A stretch of 63,174 nt of DNA from Verrucomicrobiota bacterium (GCA_049523555.1 JBEKMU010000002.1:1-63174), one strand, 5' to 3'; positions 27,461 through 39,200 are shown, numbered from the stretch's first letter. Notes: generated from the sequence alone by a model not told the origin. Program-made: numbers and translations.

Positions 27461-28093
27461 TCATTTCAAAACTCTCTGGCGTCTGTTTAATCGCGTTAAT
27501 GCGATCAATCCGAGAGCCAAACTGCCGAGGGCAATCGTGGATGGTTCGGGTGCGGGTTGTATCCCTCCCTGGTTAAATTGAATTTGCAAATCTGGCGCTG
27601 GCGAAACGGACGAGAACTGCGATGCTCGCGCCGTTTGGAGGAGAATCGTTTCTATCATTACTGCGCCCGCTGAATCTCCACCATAGGTCTCGCCTGCAAT
27701 GGAATTCACGTCCCCAACTGCTGGCTGAAAAATTCGCAGATTGAGTGAAGGATTTTGAACGCTCACGTCAATCAAATTGAGCGTTGGCGCGATGCTTTCA
27801 ACTTCGGATGGATTTAGGAGCGGGAGCGGCGACAGGGATGAGCCGTCATTTCTTGCCAGCCGGTGGGAAAATTCGGCAGGCCATGCTTGTCTTTCAGAAA
27901 CTTGCTGCTCTGGCTGAAATGCGGCGAGCGCGGTATTAACCGTTGGGATGAACATTTCGACTGATTCATAACCGCTGATTGTCGTCGAGGATAGCGCGGT
28001 TTGAAGACTTGAAAGTTTTTCATCCGCGTGCGCTGAAAAGACACTCGCAACAAACACGAATGCCAAGGCGATTGTTGTGGCATTCGGTTTCAT
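27461..28093 (-). CDS. PEP-CTERM sorting-domain secreted protein
   Basis: Signal peptide from the internal Met. C-terminus 'PAPEPSTIALGSLALGLIALTRLNRRQR' has the PEP motif, a TM helix and a basic tail. Confidence 0.7.
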   Translation of the reverse strand: MKPNATTIALAFVFVASVFSAHADEKLSSLQTALSSTTISGYESVEMFIPTVNTALAAFQPEQQVSERQAWPAEFSHRLARNDGSSLSPLPLLNPSEVESIAPTLNLIDVSVQNPSLNLRIFQPAVGDVNSIAGETYGGDSAGAVMIETILLQTARASQFSSVSPAPDLQIQFNQGGIQPAPEPSTIALGSLALGLIALTRLNRRQRVLK

Positions 28094-28180
28094 TCTCACG
28101 CGGGAAAGTGTGAAGGGAAACTTGTTTCTTTGCAATATATTTTGACAGGCGGCAACCGCCTCGGTTGAGGACTCGTTTTT

Positions 28181-29017
28181 TCATTCCAGATTGATAAACA
28201 GGTGGCTTTCGCCCATGTCCTTCTCGTCCGGCAACATTGCGCCGCCTCGTTGGGCGCATAAGTCCTGGCAAATCTTTCGCAATGCCTTCCGTTTTGCCGA
28301 CGCCTTCGGCAGTTTGACCAATAGCCGGTCGGCAAATTGCTTTCCGCGTTTGCCCGAATAAATGAGGGCGGCAATGACGGTTTCCGCTCCGGCGACGTAT
28401 AGCGATTCCACAAATTGAAGCGCCGCCTTTGCCGTGCGAAACCTTGCGAGCGAGCGAAGATCGGGATTTTTGGCCGCACTCAGCCATTGCCGGGCTTCGG
28501 CATGGGATTTGGCCAAGAGGGATTCCATGAACAATTCATACTCCCTGAGTTTCAAGGCCGGCCCCTCGCGGGCGACTCGGCCTGCCGGTTCTCCTTCGTG
28601 TTGCGGCCAGTCGGGATGTTTCCGGGCGGCTTTCAGATAGGCGGCGCGGGTCACGTCCACATTGCTGATGTAGTAGATTTCTTGAACCAGCGTGCCGTCC
28701 CGCATCCAATTTCGCATCCGTCCGAAAAATTTGCCGTTGAACGAATTTATCTCCAGCCTCAATTTTCCGTTCTGATGCCAATACTGCTGCCTGCCGGTGC
28801 CGTGGTTCATGGTGAAGGAACCGAGCAGCCGTCCCTTTTCATCCCATTGCTGGCTGATGCCGTGCAACCGTCCGTGGCGATAACGCAATACCTCGGACAG
28901 TTGGCCGTTATGGTGCCAGGTGCGGTTAAGACCGTGGAATTCCCCTCCCACTTCCCTGTTTTCCTCGTGGATTCGCCCGTTCCGATAATAAAACCGTTCT
29001 ATGCGACGTTTCGGCAT
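28181..29017 (-). CDS. MORN-repeat (YwqK-antitoxin-like) protein with an extra C-terminal helical domain
   Basis: Repeated 'G..hG....wh.nGql' units: 'YYRNGRIHEE', 'FHGLNRTWHHNGQLSE', 'GRLHGISQQWDEKGRL', 'QYWHQNGKL'. Confidence 0.7.
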   Translation of the reverse strand: MPKRRIERFYYRNGRIHEENREVGGEFHGLNRTWHHNGQLSEVLRYRHGRLHGISQQWDEKGRLLGSFTMNHGTGRQQYWHQNGKLRLEINSFNGKFFGRMRNWMRDGTLVQEIYYISNVDVTRAAYLKAARKHPDWPQHEGEPAGRVAREGPALKLREYELFMESLLAKSHAEARQWLSAAKNPDLRSLARFRTAKAALQFVESLYVAGAETVIAALIYSGKRGKQFADRLLVKLPKASAKRKALRKICQDLCAQRGGAMLPDEKDMGESHLFINLE

Positions 29018-29302
29018 GTCACTAAATCAACTGCGTTGTCAGCGTGCCCGCCAATGTTGAACATTCGAGCGCGCCAGCGTTTCAACCAATCTTTCTTAAA
29101 GGCTTGCGATCAGAAAACCGCATATTTGTGTCAGCAGAACATCCGTCGAACCCTGCCCAAGATGGAGAATCGCAAATTTCCTGAATGACATGCCCCAATC
29201 AGCAAATCGCCACTTGGATCAGCCACAAGTTTATTCAATCTGAAGCATAGATGCGAATTTTTTTTGCAAAATTCCTCTGATGATTGCACAGAATTTCACC
29301 GC

Positions 29303-30394
29303 TCAAAATGGCCAGTTGATGCCGATGGTAAAATAAAATTGTCCGCCCAAATTCAGCCGTCCTTCCCGGCCAGCACCGCTGAAATTGGCATCGCTCATCG
29401 GCGAATATTGCACTCCCGCATAAATATCACCGTTTGCCACCGCGTGATACATCACCGTCGCGTTCACATACCCGCCATACACCATGTCGGTTGTCCCAAA
29501 CCGGCCTGTATTGTGAGCACCAACACCGTTGATAGTGATGGTTTCGTCGTATTTGTAATCGCCCGACACAATGCCGATGGCGGGGCCGGCTCCGACTGAC
29601 ATGCCGACATGCTCGGTCAAATCCCAATAAAATGATGGGCCTAATCGCACTGCGTAGAGCATCACGTCCAGCGAGCGAGTTCCAGTGACAGTTTGATTGT
29701 AAAGCGGCTGGCTCGTCACCGTTGGCGGTGTGTTGGGGATCATTGCTGAACTGCCGCTAGGGTTGCCGTAATAAGGCGCTCCCGGAATGACCACGTTTCC
29801 AACATTGAAGGTGTAGGTGGATTGATTGACGGTTGCCGAGATGGGATGGTTGTCGGTGATGCTGATGGGCAGCAGGTCAAAGCCCAGTTCCCACCCCACA
29901 CGGGCGTGCTTCCAATACCAAAGGTTGTCGCCATAGGCCATGTCGAATCCAGGGAACAGCCCGCCGTCTTCATTGGCGCTGCTGGATGCAGAAAACGACG
30001 TGGTGGCGTGCATGGTCAAGGTCTGGCCATTGTATTGCGAGGCGCTCTGATAGCCCCAATAAGTTGTGCCGCCGCCGACATCGCCAGTGCTGTCCACCCG
30101 CACGTAACCATCATCATAAATTCCGTTCGCGGGATTGTTGCCGGAAACGTTGAACTGCCCTTTCATGCTGAAGTTGGCGCTGATATTCATTCCAACCAAC
30201 GCGCCGATGCGGAAGTGGCGCGTCCAATCATCGGCATCCTGGGGGATTCGGATAAACGCGCTTGAATCCGGTTTTCCATAAACTTCTGGTTGCGCCGAGG
30301 CGAACGGTGCAAAGCCCGCTACACAAACCAGCCAAATCCACAAGGGCAGACAGGCGCGGCGGATTCTCGTAAGGTGATGCGTCAACATTTGCAT
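29303..30394 (-). CDS. Putative outer-membrane beta-barrel protein
   Basis: Signal peptide 'LWIWLVCVAGFAPFASA', alternating beta-strand pattern and C-terminal 'FTIGINWPF' ending in Phe. Confidence 0.5.
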   Translation of the reverse strand: MQMLTHHLTRIRRACLPLWIWLVCVAGFAPFASAQPEVYGKPDSSAFIRIPQDADDWTRHFRIGALVGMNISANFSMKGQFNVSGNNPANGIYDDGYVRVDSTGDVGGGTTYWGYQSASQYNGQTLTMHATTSFSASSSANEDGGLFPGFDMAYGDNLWYWKHARVGWELGFDLLPISITDNHPISATVNQSTYTFNVGNVVIPGAPYYGNPSGSSAMIPNTPPTVTSQPLYNQTVTGTRSLDVMLYAVRLGPSFYWDLTEHVGMSVGAGPAIGIVSGDYKYDETITINGVGAHNTGRFGTTDMVYGGYVNATVMYHAVANGDIYAGVQYSPMSDANFSGAGREGRLNLGGQFYFTIGINWPF

Positions 30395-30398
30395 GGCA

Positions 30399-31796
30399 TC
30401 ATGGATTTTGGAATACGCGATAAAAGCGCACGCTGGCATTTGTTGGCGCGCTTACTGTTGTGGGCGGGCCGTAATCAATCCATTGCGTCCGGTTGGCCGG
30501 AGCCACGATGGATGGCGGCGCAATCATGGCGTTGGAAAACAATACGTTGTCGCTGTAAACCACCGTGTAGGTTTGGTTGGTGGTGGTGGGCCATTCAATC
30601 AGCATATTGCCATTGGACAACTGGACGATGCGCGAAATGTTGATATTCGTGCTGATTGACGCCGCCCTCGGTGGAGTCCATGCGGGCAATGGCACAGCGA
30701 AAGCGTGCAACTGCGAATTGGTGAACGGGAAATAACCCCTGGGATAAAATTGCAGCAATAAGCTCACACTCTGTCCCGCCGCAAGCTGGGCACTGTAATA
30801 AACAAAGGGACTACCGTTATTCGTGCCGACAGCGTTGAACAACTGATTGGTTAAGCCCGTTACCACGATACGCGCGGCGGGAACGGATGACGGGCCGGCG
30901 TTTGACAACGTGATGGTTTGCTCCGTAAGCGCGTTTTGAAAATTGATGATTTGCGTGGAATTGGTCAAGGCGATGAGCGTGCCGGGGAGATAGGCGATGA
31001 CGGGAACGTTGGTGCTGGCAAAATTGTTGGCCGTGTTGGTGTCAAGCACGGCTGATCCTATGGAAGCGGAAAGAAGGAGTGTGGCAACATTGGTCGGCTG
31101 AATTGTGAATTGTAAATTCGTGTAACCTCCGCTGGCCAGCGTGCCCAAATTGAAAACCAAGTTGCTGCTGACGACGGTATAATTGGCCGGGATGGTGCCT
31201 CTCAATATCACGCCGGGCGGCAAGGTATTGGTTAGAACAACGCTGGTTGCGGCATTTGGTCCCAAATTGGTTGCCGTGACTCCGTAGGTCGTCCAATCGT
31301 TGGTGATAACCGCCTGAGCCGGGCCGGTAATCATCACGCCAAGATCAACCGTGGGTATCACCGCATTGGTGACCAGAACCACGGTGTTGGTGGAAGCGGT
31401 GCTGGCTGCGGTGCTGGAAGCAACCGTGACGGTGTTGGTGATAAATCCAGCCGCCGTAGGTTCGGCTGCAACGGCCAGGAGCACCGTTCCGCCGACGACG
31501 AATGGGCCGAGGTTGAATCGAACCGTGCTGCCACTGATTAAATTGGTTCCCTGACTGTTGGTCGCGTTCAAAATCTGGACTGATGGGGGCAGCGTGTTCG
31601 TCACCACCGCATCCTGCAAAAAGAAGCCTGTCGAATTGGTGACGTTGATGGTGAAAGTCAACGAATTGCTAACTTGGATGGAGGTTGCGGAACTGGTGAC
31701 AGAAAGACCAAAACCCTGCGCGTCAGCGCGCAACGAGGCGGCAGTCAAGCCCACTGCGAGCATCATCAGCGTTCGGAAATGAGAAAAAAGCTTCAT
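30399..31796 (-). CDS. DUF11 (conserved repeat domain) secreted protein
   Basis: Signal peptide from the internal Met 'MKLFSHF...'. Repeated 'VTNTLPPSVQIL' and 'VLTNTLPPGVIL' DUF11 hallmarks. C-terminal '...RFYRV' module. Confidence 0.65.
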   Translation of the reverse strand: MKLFSHFRTLMMLAVGLTAASLRADAQGFGLSVTSSATSIQVSNSLTFTINVTNSTGFFLQDAVVTNTLPPSVQILNATNSQGTNLISGSTVRFNLGPFVVGGTVLLAVAAEPTAAGFITNTVTVASSTAASTASTNTVVLVTNAVIPTVDLGVMITGPAQAVITNDWTTYGVTATNLGPNAATSVVLTNTLPPGVILRGTIPANYTVVSSNLVFNLGTLASGGYTNLQFTIQPTNVATLLLSASIGSAVLDTNTANNFASTNVPVIAYLPGTLIALTNSTQIINFQNALTEQTITLSNAGPSSVPAARIVVTGLTNQLFNAVGTNNGSPFVYYSAQLAAGQSVSLLLQFYPRGYFPFTNSQLHAFAVPLPAWTPPRAASISTNINISRIVQLSNGNMLIEWPTTTNQTYTVVYSDNVLFSNAMIAPPSIVAPANRTQWIDYGPPTTVSAPTNASVRFYRVFQNP

Positions 31797-31865
31797 GCTA
31801 CGAAGAATGCCATTCCGAGAATCATGTCGCAGTGAGTTTGCAGAAATTTCGCCGGAATGCAACCT

Positions 31866-32273
31866 TCAATGCTGCGCCGCTTCGGTCACGCTCACGTCTC
31901 TGGCGATGTTTGCCAGCTTGCCGCCTGCCAAAATCACACGGGAAAAGCTCACCTTCGCCGTTAGATTGGTTGACGTGAACGGCTGTGGGTTGGTGATGAC
32001 AAAGTTAAATGTCGTTCCGTTTTTTGGCCCCAAAGCGGGCTGGCTTTTCGCGCCGCCAACGACCCACTTGACTGACTGCCCGACCATTTTGCCTTGCTCG
32101 TCCAGCAAAAAGCAAAAGGCGCGGGCGGATTCAACTTTTTCAGCGAGATTGTTGGTTATGGCCAATGGAATAATGGCCTTCTGTCCGACGATTTTAGGCG
32201 GCGAAACGGTCACGGCCAATTGAGCCGATGTGGTGAAACCGCAAACCAACAAAAGGCAAAATAGGATTTTCAT
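31866..32273 (-). CDS. Small secreted protein
   Basis: 135 aa with signal peptide 'MKILFCLLLVCGFTTSAQ' and a beta-rich body. Confidence 0.5.
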   Translation of the reverse strand: MKILFCLLLVCGFTTSAQLAVTVSPPKIVGQKAIIPLAITNNLAEKVESARAFCFLLDEQGKMVGQSVKWVVGGAKSQPALGPKNGTTFNFVITNPQPFTSTNLTAKVSFSRVILAGGKLANIARDVSVTEAAQH

Positions 32274-32282
32274 AGTGTTACA

Positions 32283-32813
32283 CTAGAATTCAGGCTTAAA
32301 GTCTGGATTGCCCCAAACTCTTTTCACCTGTCCGGGTTTCAATTGCACTTGACTGGCATCGAACTTTTTTAGGTTTTCCAAAAAATTAGTGAAAGAATCT
32401 CCAATTTTGAAAAGATTTGAAAAAGTGGCAGGTTCGTCTTCTTCGGCTTCTAACTCATGATCCCAAAAAAAGATTTGGCCAAATGTTTTAGGTTGCAAAG
32501 AAAGGCAAACAATGTTCCCACATGAAGCATCACCAATTGGTAAAACATCTTTAGGAACACGGTCAGTGAGAGCAGTGCGCCGAGAAAGCAAATCTCCCCA
32601 TTTCGACTTTTCCAATAAGCCGTAAAAAAGGTCCACTCCCGCAGCATTCTGTTGATCAGGAATCGGAAATTCATTGCTTTCCGGCTTTCCGCCATTGAAA
32701 GTGAGCAAGAACATTTGATAATCGCCTGGGAGCTTTGCACCTATCACAGCTTCAAATTCCCGAATGACTGCTGAATCAACTACTTTATTTGGTTTTACAA
32801 TTTGAACTGCCAT
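32283..32813 (-). CDS. SMI1/KNR4 (SUKH-1) family immunity-type protein
   Basis: 'IREFEAVIGAKLPGDYQMFLLTFNGG', 'LPIGDASCGNIVCLSL' and 'GQIFFWDHE' match SMI1_KNR4. Start taken at the internal Met. Confidence 0.8.
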   Translation of the reverse strand: MAVQIVKPNKVVDSAVIREFEAVIGAKLPGDYQMFLLTFNGGKPESNEFPIPDQQNAAGVDLFYGLLEKSKWGDLLSRRTALTDRVPKDVLPIGDASCGNIVCLSLQPKTFGQIFFWDHELEAEEDEPATFSNLFKIGDSFTNFLENLKKFDASQVQLKPGQVKRVWGNPDFKPEF

Positions 32814-32826
32814 ACACGGGATAATG

Positions 32827-33195
32827 CTATTTTGATTTCTTGCTGAAACGAGCAATCCAGCCGTGTTTTCCGTAAAGTTCACCAGATAGCCCATCACTAA
32901 TATCTCGCAAATTATGCGCGGCACTTTCTCCGGGATTATCTATTATTAGTTGAAGGCTTCGCTCTTGCTCGGCTGTGAAAAGTAGATGGTGCAGAGTTGT
33001 ATCTACTATCAGCGGAATTAAGTTGCAAAGTGTATCCCGCTGTTCCGGGGTGAGCGAAACAATTTGTTGTTGAACCCGTTCGGCGGTTGCACCCTTCATT
33101 TCACCAGAAATAAAACGCTCCCAATCGCCAATTGCCTTGTCCCGAACTCTTTTCATCAGAAGTTCGCCAAATTTATCAAGTGATGGATTACTCAT
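32827..33195 (-). CDS. Candidate cognate immunity protein of the RHS C-terminal toxin
   Basis: 122-aa cytoplasmic helical ORF starting 21 nt after the RHS stop. No recognisable domain. Confidence 0.45.
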   Translation of the reverse strand: MSNPSLDKFGELLMKRVRDKAIGDWERFISGEMKGATAERVQQQIVSLTPEQRDTLCNLIPLIVDTTLHHLLFTAEQERSLQLIIDNPGESAAHNLRDISDGLSGELYGKHGWIARFSKKSK

Positions 33196-33216
33196 AACTC
33201 TTTATGATTATATATA

Positions 33217-36200
33217 TTATCTTGGACTGTTCCAAGGAATTCGTGTTGGTTGGGTAACGCCCTGTGCGCGCAGGTTTTTTAACGATTGTGCAACCAACTG
33301 CCTGGCTTCTGCTTCGGTTGCGCCTCCAGCCATCAATGCTTGAACCGCAATTTGCGATTGTGCTTGAAGCGTATTTGCCCCGCCACTTGCAGCCAATTCG
33401 TCGAAAAGGGTGCGCTGCGCTGCCGTCATATCTTGATGGCTCCACCCCATACTTTCCATATATTCTTGGCTAATACTAAATCCTTCGTTGGGATTATAAT
33501 TGAGATCGCCTCGAAAAGCCGATTGAGCATGGACATGATGTCCACCAACATCACCATAAGTTCCCATCAAATCCGCGCCAGCTTTCTCAGTGGCTTCAAG
33601 TGCTCCTTTTGCCGTATCCTCGGTAAGTGATTTGGTAAACGGCTTGGCCACATCTTTCGCTAAAACTTTTACTGAATTTTCAACGAAAACCTTGCCGGGA
33701 ATAAAGTTGCCCACCATGTCCGCTGTGTTTGCTACCCAACTAACACCCGACACGGCCCAAGTCGTTATTCCCAAGCCACTGCCGAAATCGGGATGGGTGA
33801 ATTCATACCCAGCCTCCCGTCTGGCGCTGGTATTCAAAACGGTGTCGGACAAAGATTGACCTATGGCCGAAGCTTCTTGGTATGGGTCATACGCCAGGTC
33901 ATTCCAATGGACATTAATTTGTATATTGCCGTTGCCATCAATATACGGAGTCATCACTATCGGAAGTGTGCCTGCAAGATCCGCCGCAGCCGCGTCACCA
34001 TTCTGGTAATAATTCTGTGAAATGCGCCCGTCGGCGTCGAAACCGTTAATGGGGTCGCCGCCGCAGAATGTGAGATAATTTGGATCGCGCTCGTTCCAAG
34101 CCGAGTCATACGACAACCACATTCCAGCAAAGGGGTCATAAACTCTGGCGCCAATGTTGTAGTAGCCAGTGATGTCCGGCCAATGCCCGCGCCAAGCCGA
34201 GGATTGCGCCACGTCAACACCGTGACCCAACGCCACGGGCCGATAAGCCGGCACCGCGCCGTAACCCGTAGGCCGCGACGAATTCCAAGCCACGACGCCA
34301 TTGGTTACTTCCGCCAAAATGTTTCCGCGAAAGTCGCTGATGACGGGATTGAACAAACTCAAATAGGGCGACACGGCATCGAAGCCGCCCGTTCCATTCT
34401 CTCCACCATACTTGCCGTTTAGGTCGGGGCCGTAGAGTTTCCAGACGGTTTGATCGTTATAGGAAACGCCGAGTTCCAGAAATTCCACCTGCGGGTCGTA
34501 ATACTGGTTGATGGTCGTGGGCGTGACTCCAGCGGTTTGCACTTGGCCGTTGATCATTGGGTAGCATTGCGTGAACAGTCGCCGGTCCAATCCATCATAC
34601 TCCGCGTGCAAATAATAGCCGCTTTGGGTGCTATCAAAGTCAAACACGTCAGTCAGCCGGTCTTTGGCGTCCCAATACAATTGTTGCTGGTGATTGACCG
34701 TGCCGTCGGGTTTGCGCCAGATGCGTTGAGAAATATTTCCGCCTGAGTCGCGCCCGACGGTGGCGGTCTGTTGTGCGAAATTGTTCGTGAACGAATTGGT
34801 CGCCCATGCGGTGAAGAAGCCGCTTGGATGCAATGCCGCAACTTTCAATTGATGCGCGCCGGGCGTCAGTTCCATCAGTGTGCGCCATTGGAAAGGATTG
34901 GAAGGATCGCCGGAACTGTTCGTGGTCACAGCCAACGGCTGGCCGTCCAGCAAGGCTGTCAACGTGGACAGTCCATTCACCCGCCCGTAGGCCGGGTAAC
35001 TAATGCACGTATTGGTCTCGGTGTTGACGCGCGAGAACGGGCTTACGCCGCCGTTCCAATCTGCCGAAGTGGAGTTGGGCGCTCCCATTTGCGTGAGCAC
35101 GCCCGGCCCGGCGGCAACGCCGCTGTCATAAGCGAACGAGTTCGTCCAAGCGGCAGTGCCGTTGAGATTGAGTTGTTCCTGCGCCAACCTGCGGCTCATG
35201 CTTGTGTAGGAGTAAATGTGCGAGTCAGTGAAGTCAGAACGATTAAGCGTGTGGGAATACAGTAATCCGTCGCCAGACCATCCCAGGGATTCAGTCAATT
35301 GTGGCACGCCGCTGACATCGGTAACGATGGAAAAGGGACGGCCTTCGCCGTCCCGTGAAGTGATGGTGGTGGTCTTTGTGCCGACTGCGCGGCTGGTCAG
35401 CAATCCGGCGGTGTCAAAACTGTAACTGCCGCTGCCGGTCGGGTCGCTGGCGTAGATAAGCGCGCCATCCGCGCGCGACGCGAAATTGTAGCTGGCCCCG
35501 TTGATGCCCAACCCGGTGCGCCGTCCGGCGGGGTCCCAGGTCTGGCTGGCACCGGAGAAAGTTGTGCCGTTCCATGTGACGGTTTCGGAACTCAACTGTC
35601 CGTAAGCATCAAAGGTGCGTGACACGACTTTGGGGTCCGCTCCAACATCGTTGCCAGTGTTCTGTTCGGTGATGTTGGTCACGAACCCGCGCGGATCGTA
35701 ATTCCAGAACGTGTCAACATGTGTATAATTAAAATCAGTGCGCGAAATGGAAGCCTGATGCAGACGGTCATCGTAACTATACGTGCTGACCAAACCCCGC
35801 CCATCGGTTTTGGTGTCGAGCAATCCGGCGAACGAATTTCCGCCGGGATAATAGGTGTAGGTGTTCGTGCGCGTGCTGACGCCGCCGGCACCGACGAGGC
35901 AATCTTGCAGAACTTGGCCGGCATTGTTGTAAATGGCCGTCCATTGCAAACCACCCGGCATGGTGCGGTTAGTCATGTCGCCCATCGGATTATACGCAAA
36001 AGTGGTAAGCGCGTTGTCGCGGTCAATTTTGCCAATGAGTCGGTTCAATCCATCGTAACTAAAACTCGTGGCCGTCCAAGTTGTGACTGCGCCACTGGCC
36101 GAAGAATCGTGCTGCGCGGAAGCAAGATTTCCCGCAAGGTCATACTGATTCAAGGTGAACTCCGCCGCATTCGCCGACGGGTAGGCAATGGATAGGACTG

Positions 36201-39200
36201 TATGCCCGTCGTTGTCGGTATAGGTCGTGTTGACGATGGCGGACGCACCCGAACCATCAGTAGTAGTGACGCTGTTATGGTCGGGCGAGTAAGCCATGTA
36301 TTTTTCGCGCACAAGCGCCCCGGAAGGGCTGTAAATTTGGGAGCCGGTAACGCGCCCCAAAGCATCCATTGTTGTAACGGTGCTTTCGCCGAGTGCATTG
36401 ACGTTCGTCAGCGAGCGTCCGGCGGCATCATAGAAATTGGCAACAGCCTGCTGGAGAATATTGGTGACATAGGTGATGTTCGTGCCAGGGACTCCAATTC
36501 CGCCGCCGCCGCTTTCCGAAACCGTGACAATCGTCGGGCCTGCTGTAACTTTGACGCGGTCAAGTCCGTCATAAGCGGCGGTAAAAACATTGCCTCCTTC
36601 ATCCGCTTGTTGAACCGCATTGCCACGAAGATCAAGTTGAATGGAATTGGTAACTTCCGGCACACCTGCGGCGGAATAAAATATCCGGGTAGCAATAAGG
36701 TTGACATCATCATAGGTCGTCTGCCAGTAAGCTCCGTTGCCCTGAATTTCTTTGTTTATACGTCCATCAAAGTAGTAACGCCAGGCGTTGGTCGAGCCGT
36801 CAGGATTGCTGCGATACTCTGGCTTGCCGGTGTCGGTATAAAGTGTGACCGCCACTCCACCGAGCGCATTGGTATGCGTCTGGACTAATCCACCCGGTTC
36901 ATAACTGAACCCTTCCGCGCTCAAGACGGTGACGCCATCCACGTCGAGATGTTTGGTCTGCACCAGCCGACACAAGGCATCCCAGGTGTTGGTTGTCATC
37001 GCGCCACGCGGATCAACAGCCAGCGTCAGGTTTCCGAGTGGGTCATATTGGTAAAAACTTTGGGCGTATTGGTTGTAACCAGCGGGCGCTTCAACTCCGC
37101 TGCCGTCGCTCTTGGCCTCGGAACGCCAGTGAATTTCCGTCGAGCGGCGTCCCATGCCATCGTAATCAAGGAACACATAATCTTCGGGGTTGTAACGCGG
37201 GCCATCCACCCAAGTCAGTTCGCCGTTGTCGTTGTAATAATTGAAGCTCCACGACAGCGCATTGCCGAACTCGTCGAAGTCCTCCTGTGCGGTTGGCCGA
37301 TTGAGCGCATCGTAATCAAAGAACTTGACCGCACCCAAAGCGTCCACCTGATTCACCATTTGCCCGCGCTCGTTGTAGAAGAAAGTATTGACGACATTCG
37401 GGTCGCCGGTGCCGGTATAGCGGATGGATTGGGTGATGAACCCATGTCCATCATACGTCAAATCATTGGTGGCGGCGTCGGCTGAACCATAGGCGCGAAT
37501 CAAGCGCGTCAGGACACCAAATGCCCGATTCGTCTGCGTGGTGTTGCCGTTCACCACAACATTCGTCGCATTGCCGTAGAACATGAAGCTGGTGCTGATC
37601 GGCGTTGCTCCGGCATAGCGAATAACTTGTTGCGGCATGAAGGTAAACGTTGGGTCATAAACAGTCACGACACTGTTGCCAACAGGGTCGGTTATTTGAA
37701 CCGGCAAACAGTTCGTGTTGTAAATGGCCGTGTTCGTGGCTGTCTGTGAGGCAATACCATCGCCGGTGAGGTCGCCGGTCACAATAGTATTGGTGACGTT
37801 GCCGTTTGAATCATATTGATACTGGCTGACAAGGCCGCGCTTGTCCGTGCGCTGTCGCACACTGCGCGGGTAGTAGCCGGCGGCACTTGTGTTGGTGGTG
37901 AACCAGACCTGCTGAATCATTTGTCCGAGCGGGTCGGTGATTTTGGTGATTAGATTGTTGGTATATTCGTAACGGTTGGTGTGATTGTTCCCGTCAATGA
38001 CAAGCGTGTAGCCGGTGATAGTGTTAGTCCAAGAATTGGTGATGTTAAAATTATTCGCATAAACAAATGCCGCCGTGAGAATGGGATTCAAATCCAGACC
38101 GGCGGTGGACAACTGGTTGGTGACACGCCGCTGGCTATCATAGGCGTTGATCAGTTCGCGTCCGTCCGGTTTATCTTCCTCAACGATAAGATGCGTGGAG
38201 TAAGTCGCCGTGCCGCCGGTGACGGCCTGCGTGCCGTGCAGATACTGGTAGGAGCGTGTGGAGTTGTCCGGCAGTGTAACACTGACCAAATCGCCATAGT
38301 CATCATAGTAATAATACATCCAACGACCGTCGCCGGTGTAAGCGTCAATGATGTGGCCGTAAACGTCGTAATCGAAACCAAGAAAGTTTCCATTGCTGCA
38401 CTGGATGCGCTGCATCTGGCCGAAATTGGCATCCGCCGAATTTGTGTCGTAGGCAAACGTGTAGTAATTGCCACGGCAATCAGTCCATTGGAGCAGATAA
38501 GGTCTGGCATTGGTAACTGCGCCGCTGTTGAATTTCATGAATTGGAAGACACGGACGCTGCCGTCAGCGCCATAGAGAGTATAGTTGGTGACAGAGCCGT
38601 TGACGGAGCGCAGGATGTAATCACGCAACCGATTGGCCAAGCCGCCCACGCCCGCGACGGTGTTGTTGTTCAATTGCGGGTTGGCGGCAAGCGTGGGAAA
38701 CCACATATTGGTGCTGGCGCTGTTGGTGCTATGCACATAAGCCAGCACTGCTCCGTCCATGTCCGCCGCATAGATGTTGGTGCTGTTTTTGCTGAGGCTC
38801 AAGTAGGGCATGATGTTGAGCATCCAGCCGCGGCCGAACTGGTTGTCAGCCACATTCTGGCTGGAATAATTGCGGCGCAAGGCCAGCGGTATCGGGCCGG
38901 GCAACTGCAAGTCGGTTTCGCTCACATAAAATTCGCCGGTGATGTTGTTCACCGGGTCGGAGACCTGCGCGCCCGACTGCGACGGGTCGTTGGGAGTTCT
39001 CAAGTTACCGTTCTGCTCGCTGGCCAGAATGTCCGAGGACAAGGCCGAGGACGAAGTGCCCGCCGTGGTTCCAAGCTGCTGCGAAACGCTGGTCGCCCAA
39101 GCGGTGGTAAATGGATCAACCACAAACGTGCTGGTCTGGCTGGCTACGGACGGCGCATCATAACTGGCGATTTCGTCGGGCACCGTGGCCGTCTGGCTGG

